Below, in pieces: positions 39,882 through 49,798 of a stretch of DNA of 64,000 nt. Location: the NCBI GenBank assembly GCA_040437565.1, contig JBDOQK010000005.1:310001-374000 (forward strand), written 5' to 3'. Within the stretch, counting starts at the first letter, position 1; each line of letters starts with the position of its first letter. This DNA is from Albugo candida. Lineage: Eukaryota. The notes under the pieces were generated by a model. That model was not told where the DNA came from, ran no database searches, and worked only from the letters and a program-made list of their open reading frames with translations. The position numbers and the translations under genes were made by a program.

Positions 39882-40558
39882 TCAAAGTTCCATGTGCTGC
39901 GTTTCTTTGATTTTCTTGATAAAATCATCCTTCTCGACACACCCGACACAATCCACTCCACGGCCGCTCAATATTCCTTTAAGTTGTCTCACGCGAAGCT
40001 TACTCAGATCTGTATCTTCGCTGACTTTAACATCTATAAAACATGGTTTAGTTACTAGCAAGCTTCACCACATGTATATTCTACCGTAGCGAGTGGCGCA
40101 GACATCGTTGTTCGTTTTACTCAGTGTCTTACAGATCTTTCCAGTTTCCTTTCTGTAACTAAGCTGACGGCCAACATCCTTTTGCACCGGTGTCAAGTTG
40201 TAACACTGCACGAATAAACAAAATCAACTGAGATCACAGAGTGGCCACGGAGAATGACGATTCATTCATTCCATACCACTTTATCCTCTTTGGATCCGGT
40301 TTTGACAACTTTGTTACAGTGATGCAACAATGCTTCTTCGTGCGTCTTGAATTTATTCGTGGCGTGGAGATCTTTGACAGCATTGATGACGTTGACGCAG
40401 ACTATATTCAATCGAGTGAGAACTATGAACATTAAGGATGGCGATGATGATTTACCTTCACATGGCGCACCATTCGTGACCGCACCCTGATCCTCGGTCC
40501 GACCGTCTATCGCCGTAAATGCTAGCACTAGAATTGAGCTTAAGAAAATAATTTGCAT
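39882..40558 (-). CDS. MANF: MANF/ARMET/CDNF-like ER protein (saposin-like plus SAP domain); 4 exons
   Basis: Signal peptide; PCE-VCVNVI ... C ... EDKV-CYNL ... KICKTLSKTNNDVCATRY; SAP domain LSKLRVRQLKGILSGRGVDCVGCVEKDDFIKKI; KDEL-like C-terminus HMEL*. Confidence 0.88.
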
Positions 40559-40778
40559 CCTGCGCCTTCGGTTCAAAAGTGTAAATGACACAGCACAACG
40601 TGGCTTTTTGATGAAACTCTGTAAATTGTTGCGGCATCAAATGACAAAGGCTATAAATAGAAAAAGCTCTTTCTGAGTACATTTGAAGTGCATGAGATAT
40701 AACATTCAGTAATTTATTCCATGTCCCGAATTATTTATTGTATGCTACGTATAGGCCCGTAAATGACACGTGGTGAGC

Positions 40779-42430
40779 TTACGAATAACGAGTTTGTAGA
40801 TCAGTGAAAAATCCGGATGTCATTTGCTTGAGCTAGTGATAAATGCGTTTTTTCAGCAATAAGTCTCAGACCCGATGTGACCCGTACCTTTGTTGCTTTG
40901 TCTGTGACTTTTGACTTGAGCATTTCCAGCTGATACGCAGCTTCATCCGCCACTTGAGCACAGAGGACGCGATTATATACCCACTCATGCATCAAAAGAT
41001 GACCAATACCTTCATGGGATGAAGATCGTGAGCGTCCGGTGCCTTTGTTATGATACATATCACTTGAAATAGCTTGTGCTCCTTGGAATCGATTGATTTG
41101 ATCTCGATCTGCTTCAACTCGCTCAGATGCAAAATAATTATCCGATGATATGGATTTTGAGTTTTTGTACTTCTGTAAAGAGTCTTTCGCCGTGGGTGCA
41201 TCAGATCGCACATTGGTGAGATGAGTACTTGGTGCGCTGAGTCGATCATATTGTATCTCCCTAGAAAGCAAGACCCCTTGAGCTTTAGAATATGCCTCAA
41301 ACATTGTATGTACTCTTCGGCTATCTGTAGTGCGCGAGCGAGTGCTTCGTCATCCTCAATTTGTTTGTGCGTGGACGAGACGGTCGATAATGGCTGCGTT
41401 TGTGAACGTTGCTGAGCTGGAACCGAGGCAGGTGGATTCTAATTGTATCAGAATTTGTCATTGCTATGACTTTGGGTGGAGTCTTATTTTTAAGTTACCT
41501 CGAATGGAATATCGTCAAAGTCGAAATCAGAACCTTGAGATAGCTTGACCGCCCCAAGATTGGTATTCTTTCTTGCTCCTATAGTTGATTTCTACAATGG
41601 TCACCTTAGCTTTCGCTCCGAAAGATTTTAGCATGACAAACTTTATGCTTCTGTTCCCTGCCGGATCCCACTGCACCATCATTATTCTTTAGCATCACCG
41701 CTGAGCGATCAGCTTGGAGATAACTTGGCTTATTCGTGTCAAGTTTTTCGGCCGCATCTTTTGTTGGTGGGATCGTCTTATGAATGTTTGTTCGGTGCAA
41801 ATGGCCACTAGGTGCGATTCTGTTGAAGTCTCCATTACTCTGCAATGCAACATTTTTCACTAAAGCGTCGAGTCCATCTTCAGCGCCATTCTCCCTATCC
41901 TATCATACATTTCCGAGCATAAATAGGCTACTCCTTCAACATAACTGGGTACCTTACCTCTCCATCCATAGGCTCTGCCGAAATCTGCAAAGTGGATGTC
42001 GATACTTTCTTTGCTAAAACCGATTTATAAAGCTGCGCACCCTTTGTATTATATTTCGCGTCGATCTATTGATGAGTGTCAGCATGGCTGTCAGAAGCAG
42101 CCCAAAATAAAGTCGTACGCTTGTGACTTCATGGACTCCATACTGCTTGAAATATTTACGAGCTTCAGCGTTCCCTCCAAGTTGCATCACTTTGAGCTGA
42201 TCTTCTGTCCACTCGTCCATATCAATTGATCGGACGAAGGAGAGATGAACGCCTAAACGGCGATGATACCCGGAGCAATCCAGACAGATAAAGACACCAT
42301 ACGAAACCGTAGCCCAAGTAGGATTTCGCTTGTTGCAGTCAAAGCACATCTTATTTGCCGTTAGAGATCGAATGCGCTGGAAAAATGCATCTCGGGTTTC
42401 GTTGGCGACAAAAGCTGGTCTTGATGTCAT
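40779..42430 (-). CDS. ADP-ribosylation factor GAP, Glo3/ArfGAP2-3 class; multi-exon
   Basis: [40 protein letters not shown] zinc finger; two Glo3 motifs ([18 protein letters not shown]); amphipathic C-terminus [14 protein letters not shown]. Confidence 0.92.
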
Positions 42431-43470
42431 GTTCGTTGCGGAATATATTTTATAATATTGTACACATAAAACTGATTGATAACGGATGTGTAATAGACAC
42501 GTCAACTGAGATTATGACATAACAGACGTAGTTGGGTATGTCAACAATGTCTATAAAAGCGCGTCTCCTTTCTTCCATTACGGGGCAATACGAGCAAATG
42601 AGCGTAATACATACGGGCATTCAGAAAAAGAGTTCGACATGTAATGTGATTATAGATCGGCGTGAAGCTTTCGTTAGAAGCTTTCATGTAGGCGAAGCAA
42701 GTAAATCTGTCAATAAAAGCGTCTGGATGTACGTATACTCATCAAAGGAGATTTTCTATCGAGAGCGTGACTGCGTAAACACTCCAATTTGCAAACTAAT
42801 TAGCTTATTCCACGTCGAGGAACAGAGAGCATGATGCATTTCCTACTCGCTGCTCATGCTGAGGTGACAATGAAGATCTACTCAAAAATAATGTTTATCA
42901 TGACTGATAGCGCGTTGCACTTCTACGATCATTTGTTTCTACTCAACACTAAGGAGATATATCGCGATGGTCGTACGCTTCTAGACTTGTGTTTTACATT
43001 GCTAATAAAACGTATTTTGAAATGGTACATGCTTCAGTGCGATTCTTCATGTGCTCACTTGCCTCAAGGATGCAGAGGTTGAAAGTGTTGATTTTGCTAA
43101 TTCCGAATGGAGCTATGCGTATCAAAATGTATATGCAATTTAAAGGATCGTATGCTTTCCCTTTAACGATAACCTTTACTTTGTAGTCGTTCATACTCAT
43201 CTCGATATTGCAGTTGTACATCTATTGGCACCCGGCTTCTCCTCGGAGTTTGACCGTTCAATTCTATAAAATAGAGAAGGAATCCAACAAATCCAGCTGA
43301 ACTAATTATAGAATTACGACATAGGAGGTACGGATCCTTTATGCCAACAAGAGAATAGACTGAGCATTTGAGTGAGTATGTTTCCAAACATCACAGTTGC
43401 TGCTTGAATGTGATTTTAGATTGTGTTGGTTACATTAATTCAGTGGACAAGATTTCGTAGCCGCACGAAA

Positions 43471-44666
43471 ATGAAAAGCATGATGACCAAGATTCTCTTT
43501 GGTTTTCTGCTTAGTTTATTGTCATCTGATGGAGAAGCAACCAATATCATAACATTGGATAGCGATAACTTTGAAAAATTGACACAAGCATCGACAGGTG
43601 CAACTACTGGTGACTGGCTGATTGAGTTTTATGCTCCTTGGTGTGATCATTGTAAGCGCTTGCTGCCGATCTTCGAAGAAGTAGCCACTGGTACGTTCGA
43701 CGCGTTATACTTTATGATTCATATTACAGTTGCGATCTATAGAGCTGAAAGGTACAATAAATGTGGCCAAAGTCGATGCGATTGCGAATCGTGAACTTGT
43801 AAGAAGTGAATTCAATGCAAAGATGTGTATTCTGCTCATCGCTAGGTAATCTTAGGGANNNNNNNNNNNNNNNNNNNNNNNNNNNNNNNNNNNNNNNNNN
43901 NNNNNNNNNNNNNNNNNNNNNNNNNNNNNNNNNNNNNNNNNNNNNNNNNNNNNNNNNNTTGGTTTTCTGCTTAGTTTATTGTCATCTGATGGAGAAGCAA
44001 CCAATATCATAACATTGGATAGCGATAACTTTGAAAAATTGACACAAGCATCGACAGGTGCAACTACTGGTGACTGGCTGATTGAGTTTTATGCTCCTTG
44101 GTGTGATCATTGTAAGCGCTTGCTGCCGATCTTCGAAGAAGTAGCCACTGGTACGTTCGACGCGTTATACTTTATGATTCATATTACAGTTGCGATCTAT
44201 AGAGCTGAAAGGTACAATAAATGTGGCCAAAGTCGATGCGATTGCGAATCGCGAACTTGTAAGAAGTGAATTCAATGCAAAGATGTGTATTCTGCTCATC
44301 GCTAGGTAATCTTAGGGAGAACGATTCAATATCGGCGGGTATCCAACAATAATATTTTTTCGTCAAGGAGAGATGTACAAATACAAACAAGAGCGAACGA
44401 AGGATGCGTTATCCCACTTCACAAAAGAAGGATATAAGCAGGTGGAAGGCGTTAAAGTACCAAGTATCTCGACAGCGCTGAAAGAAATGCTACAGTACTT
44501 TCAAAATGTATACGCAGATGCTGAAAAGCTCTTTGTGACAAAGAAGCGTGCGGTGTTGACGATATTTTCCAGTGGCCTATTATTAGGACTTCTTCTCGGA
44601 GTTTGCAGCACAAAATGCATCACCAGCCGTGATGCTATCCAACCGCGCAAAAAAAAGATGACATGA
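43471..44666 (+). CDS. ER transmembrane thioredoxin (TMX/PDI-like) with a WCDHC active site
   Basis: Signal peptide; [24 protein letters not shown] and GYPTIIFF; C-terminal TM helix and KKMT* retrieval signal. Bases 43499-43858 are duplicated at 43959-44318, and 44468-44778 at 44879-45189 (gap overlaps). Confidence 0.88.
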
Positions 44667-45265
44667 TGGAGCCTCTTTTTTTGCAGACATTCATGTTTCG
44701 AGTAGTCAGATGGAAGCGGATAGTTACCGCGCTGTAGCTTGTTCAAAATCTCATTCCTGTTTTTTTGAGCTCAGTCAANNNNNNNNNNNNNNNNNNNNNN
44801 NNNNNNNNNNNNNNNNNNNNNNNNNNNNNNNNNNNNNNNNNNNNNNNNNNNNNNNNNNNNNNNNNNNNNNNNNNNNNNCTCGACAGCGCTGAAAGAAATG
44901 CTACAGTACTTTCAAAATGTATACGCAGATGCTGAAAAGCTCTTTGTGACAAAGAAGCGTGCGGTGTTGACGATATTTTCCAGTGGCCTATTATTAGGAC
45001 TTCTTCTCGGAGTTTGCAGCACAAAATGCATCACCAGCCGTGATGCTATCCAACCGCGCAAAAAAAAGATGACATGATGGAGCCTCTTTTTTTGCAGACA
45101 TTCATGTTTCGAGTAGTCAGATGGAAGCGGATAGTTACCGCGCTGTAGCTTGTTCAAAATCTCATTCCTGTTTTTTTGAGCTCAGTCAATCTTTTTGACT
45201 CACGTTCTTCAATATTGTCCACCACATTAAAAGGCTTCTTAATTTAAACACTGCGCATCATTCAA

Positions 45266-46324
45266 ATGACTTCCGATTCATACCGATGGAGTCTTGGTAT
45301 CTTCTTCATCGTGATAGTTGCCTTCATCTGGACATTTGCTAGCGTCCTAGTGCAGTACATATTCCATAATTTGGCATTTCAGAAACCATTCTTCCTCACT
45401 TTTGTTGGTATTTCATTATTCTCAGTAAATCTACCAATTTGGTATATTTCACAGCATTGGTGCTCGTTACGTGCATGGAAAAGATCCAATACGAATGAGT
45501 CACCTCTTATCTCGCATACACAGATGCATCAGTCAAACACAACGACGAAAACCTCTTGGAATAGCATCATTAGAGCTAGCGCGCTTATAGCCCCTTTATG
45601 GTTTCTCGCGAATTTAACTTACAATGCAAGTCTAGATATGACAAGCGTCACGAGCAGTACGATTATCAGTTCTACATCGACGGTCTTCACGCTTCTTCTC
45701 AGCGTTTTGGTGCTCCAAGAGCAATTCACTTGGCTGAAATTGACTGGTGTAGTGCTCTGTATGTTGGGCAACATTGGCACGATATTTAAGGATTCATTGG
45801 AGGCTGAGACCAAGTTGTTTCATAGTTCAGAATCAGCATTAGGTGATCTTACAGCTCTGTTTGCTGCATTTATGTACGCAGTGTACACGACAGCGATACG
45901 TAAAGTAGTCCCGGATGAAGCAGACTTCAGCCTTTCATTGTTTTTTGGATTCCTTGGAGCTCTCACTTGTCTAGTGCTGTCTCCTGTCGTCGTATTACTG
46001 CATTTCTATGAAATAGAGTCGCTATATGGACTCAGTTGGGAAATCTTCCAGCTGATGTGCGTCAAGGGTTTGTTTGACAATGTGTTGTCTGATTATCTAT
46101 GGGCACAATCGGTTATAATGACTTCACCAACTGTGGCAACCGTTGGGTTGTCTTTGACAGTTCCACTTGCTATTATTTCAGATCTTCTGTTCCAGAGCAT
46201 TTTACCGGGCTGGAAAACAATATTGGCGTCTGTACTGATGGTCACAGGCTTTGTATTGATCAATATCAGTTCGAAAAGAGATAGGAAGAGTCGAGAGTAT
46301 CAGAAGATAAATGACTCCTCATAA
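45266..46324 (+). CDS. SLC35F5/Thi74-like DMT transporter
   Basis: KPFFLTF, PLWFLANLTYNASL, TSVTSSTIISSTS, VLSDYLWA and TVGLSLTVPLA; about 10 TM helices, intronless. Confidence 0.9.
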   Translation: MTSDSYRWSLGIFFIVIVAFIWTFASVLVQYIFHNLAFQKPFFLTFVGISLFSVNLPIWYISQHWCSLRAWKRSNTNESPLISHTQMHQSNTTTKTSWNSIIRASALIAPLWFLANLTYNASLDMTSVTSSTIISSTSTVFTLLLSVLVLQEQFTWLKLTGVVLCMLGNIGTIFKDSLEAETKLFHSSESALGDLTALFAAFMYAVYTTAIRKVVPDEADFSLSLFFGFLGALTCLVLSPVVVLLHFYEIESLYGLSWEIFQLMCVKGLFDNVLSDYLWAQSVIMTSPTVATVGLSLTVPLAIISDLLFQSILPGWKTILASVLMVTGFVLINISSKRDRKSREYQKINDSS

Positions 46325-46562
46325 AGTGATTGCTTGAACGAGGGATCAGCGGGCCCATTGCAGAAATCTCCATTCGATCTATTTGGTGTTTGGTCTCATC
46401 TAGTGGCTGACAATGACGATCAATGGCCGAATCCGGAATGCGATAGAAATCAAGGGAAAAGCACAGCACTCATGTATAGACCCAGTTGACACATTATGAT
46501 GAAACTTAAAAGTATGCGTAGAATTAGTTCAAACCGAGCACTCTGCGTATTGCCCAATAATG

Positions 46563-47845
46563 CTACGTAATTACCACTTGACGACTTGACCGAACATATT
46601 GGCTTGCACTTTGACATAAATATGAGATACTCATCCAGCCCAACTGCCCGCATGTCGATACCAGATCGTAGCCCGTTGCAACAAAACCATTGTCTGATAT
46701 GTGGTCATGCAATGAAGTATAGCACTCTTTGACCACCACACCAAATTGACGAGCTGATATTCGAAGAAATAATACGTATAATTTCATCATCTGGTCCATG
46801 CATTTTGCATCAATGAACGGTACTAGTGCACTATATAGGAATTACCTGGACAAAATTGCTGCTTAGTTCCATGAGGAGAGCTGCGTACTCTGGATAATAC
46901 GCTTCTAATGCAACGGCTAAGCCAGCAAAAGTGGCGATGGGAATCTACAAAGTATTTGGAGGTCTGGGAGATAAATCCTTCAAAAGGATAAATGACGCAC
47001 CGTGAAGCCCAAAAGAGGGATACACGCTGTCATCAACGAGCCAGCGAAAAATGGGTGCTTATCAATCAAGAGTCGAGCGTCTTGATATCGCTCAGCGATA
47101 TAAGATTTTATTGGCTTCATTTTCTTCACATGTTCGGCGGAGGTCTGTATTGTGGCACCAGAATGTTCAGTGATCTCTTCAAATCTGCTATATTTTCCAG
47201 TAGCTGATGGGTGCTCTTGATCGCGTAATGACTCAAATAAAGATTGTCCAGCCTGCTTCATTATATAAGCCTATTCATGAGACGATATCGTTTGATTCGA
47301 CTCACCTCCAGTAAACGTTGTGCGATGTTCAGAGATAGCTGACCCGCCAGGAATATCTCATCTTTCGTGATCGTACTGAGGGCATCCTCCATGACTCTGC
47401 ACATGCTCCCTGTAAATAACATCGCGTTTCGTAAATTTGTTGTCATATGAACCAAATCTTGCTCTTTATCTCCATGAATTGTATCGACAGTCGTATCTCT
47501 TTCTATATTGGAAGCAGTCAATGATGGCAGCGACTTCACAGAAGCTTCATCACGTTCTGAGGATTGAATTTGATTGCAAATAGATTTCATTTTCGATTCA
47601 TCCGAAGTTATTTCGCTCACATTCTCCTGAACACTTCGTAATCCATTTTGCATCAATGCGATTGCTTGCGCAAGTTTCTCAGATATATCTTCTACAGTCA
47701 GATCTTGTATATTTTGATTCGCTTCTTCACAGCACTGAGCAAAGAAATCCATCAGATGAGCCTTGTCTGCTGAAGTAGGTCTCCAATCAGTTCCATCGTC
47801 ATCGCAATCCGTGCTATCGAAAAGCAATTCTGTAGAGAATTTCAT
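46563..47845 (-). CDS. Hypothetical protein (helical N-terminus, C-terminal hydrophobic segments); about 4 exons
   Basis: ORFs 47261-47857, 46980-47261 and 46563-46799, plus a small exon (IPIATFAGLAVALEAYYPEY), join in frame through short GT-AG introns. Confidence 0.65.
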
Positions 47846-47989
47846 GTTTACACACACTGCAGCTGATAAGTATCAACCGGAACAACGAGCCAATTGGCTC
47901 ATAATCTATCAGCTCACTGCCTTGTGAGTCAAAAAGGAGCAGCACTCATAAAGGTGATACAGCGATGCGATCAGCACTCAGCACAGGCC

Positions 47990-49600
47990 AATAAAAGTTA
48001 TGCACGTTCATGAGCTTAGTGATGGAATTCTTTTTTAATTGCCATTTTGCAGGAATTCGACCAGGACGGCGATAGTTAACCTCTATCCGGCTGTGTTGCC
48101 GTGTTCTTCCACCGTTGCGTGTGGAGTAGTAGCGGACCAAGATATAAAACTAACGCAAGAAAAGGAGAAACTCGAAGCCATTTAAAGATGCGGAAAGGTT
48201 GGCGTAGAGAAGCAGCGCGTACAATTTTTGGCACCTCCTCATCGAAGGACGCCGAGTTGGATTTCGTCATGTGGGTCAGCAACCAGCGTAGTGAAGGTAT
48301 CATGATATCGAGAATGATTTTGAACTCAAAGGATTACGAAATAGCCAATGAATACGATTAGCATGCCGGTGTCGCCTCCTCCAGGATAAGCTGATTCGTC
48401 AGTGTCTTGAGTTAGATCTACGTGCACAGATGCAACAGTGCAGGGAAGTTACTTTAGATCTATCAGCTATGGTCGACGAGATGAAAGTGTATGTGGTGTG
48501 TACTGTATTGAAGTCGCAATACAAACGAATTGAGATTATCAGAATGTGTGAATATACAATGCGAACCAGACTGCAGCTTTTTNNNNNNNNNNNNNNNNNN
48601 NNNNNNNNNNNNNNNNNNNNNNNNNNNNNNNNNNNNNNNNNNNNNNNNNNNNNNNNNNNNNNNNNNNNNNNNNNNNNNNNNNAGCATGCCGGTGTCGCCT
48701 CCTCCAGGATAAGCTGATTCGTCAGTGTCTTGAGTTAGATCTACGTGCACAGATGCAACAGTGCAGGGAAGTTACTTTAGATCTATCAGCTATGGTCGAC
48801 GAGATGAAAGTGTATGTGGTGTGTACTGTATTGAAGTCGCAATACAAACGAATTGAGATTATCAGAATGTGTGAATATACAATGCGAACCAGACTGCAGC
48901 TTTTTCGTATCTGCCGAAAAAAGCGGTCGGTTTCATGGGTACGCAAATCGTGTGATCTGATGGGATTGAAAAAGAGCTGATGGCTGTCATGCTTATTTTG
49001 ATGCAGATGGATGTACCATTAGTCATGTTAGAGCACCCTATTCGGAAGAGGAGGAGTCTATAGTGGGAAACAAGGTGTTGCGATACTCATAATACTCTTC
49101 GTATAACTGGAAAAAGACTGAAGCCTTTCAGCAAAAATACGAGCCTACACATCTGCGGCAACCCACAAAGTGATGTATTCAGTGTAAAAAATGACGACCA
49201 TAATACTGATATATCGCTATATCGTAGGGTCGTGGAATGGTGAGCTATCGCTCGGTCCCCGGGTGAACAAAAGCCTACCAGTTCTGCTTCTGTGGGACGA
49301 ATTCTCGGCTCAATGGTACGAGGACGAACTCGACATGCCGATACCGTAAATCTTGTTTTAGACGAGAAGAAAGGTCCCAGCAATTTTCAAGTAGCGTCTA
49401 CCGTCCGGTGAATGTGACTTGAATCAAGCCATTTTAAGACGAATTCCGCAATGATCTGGTAGTGGGCCTGAATGACCAGCTTCATGAACGCAGCAATGCA
49501 ATAACATCTCTTGTGCCTCACCATATTAGTCAGTGGTCGCTAGGTGGGTTCGAGACGTCTCGGATGGAGATAAACAGTTTCTATTATATTTCGGTCTTTG
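47990..49600 (+). mobile_element. Decayed pogo/Tigger-type (CENP-B HTH plus DDE_1) DNA transposase
   Basis: In order: HTH SKDAELDFVMWVSNQRSEGIMISRMILNSKDYEIANEY (48241-48355), IYNANQTAAFSYLPKK (48875), EKELMAVML, LHICGNP, SWNGELSL (49230), PVLLLWDEFSAQW (49278), and RPVNVT*IKPF*DEFR. Many stops and frameshifts. Bases 48360-48582 are duplicated across the gap. Confidence 0.85.
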
Positions 49601-49798
49601 AGATGGTATGAGGGTTTTTCGGAATTGGACCCATCGTCGACTCGCATCTCTACTTCACTTTCAATGCTAGGGAGCTGCGGATTTGATAGCGTATCATCTG
49701 CACAGCTTTTCGAGAGTTGCAGCTGGACGGGTGTTTGCTTACAGCAATCGTACTGCCTTGCTCACCATCTACTTGAAAAGCTCGTACTTCTATCTAAT

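Noticed and set aside
42532-43400. Short ORFs between ArfGAP and thioredoxin
   Set aside because: No recognisable motifs or splice-consistent model; possibly decayed sequence, but unsupported.
43979-45189. Tandem thioredoxin copies or a two-domain PDI
   Set aside because: Both repeats flank 100-N gaps and collapse to one gene.
48076-48303. Minus-strand ORF with a hydrophobic stretch as first exon of the 47.8-kb gene
   Set aside because: It is the antisense shadow of the transposase HTH region.
49515-49570. tRNA/SINE-like A-box and B-box (tagtcagtggt...ggttcgagac) with palindrome cgagacgtctcg
   Set aside because: There is no anticodon arm or full cloverleaf, and the segment falls within the decayed transposase reading (ISQW...INSF).
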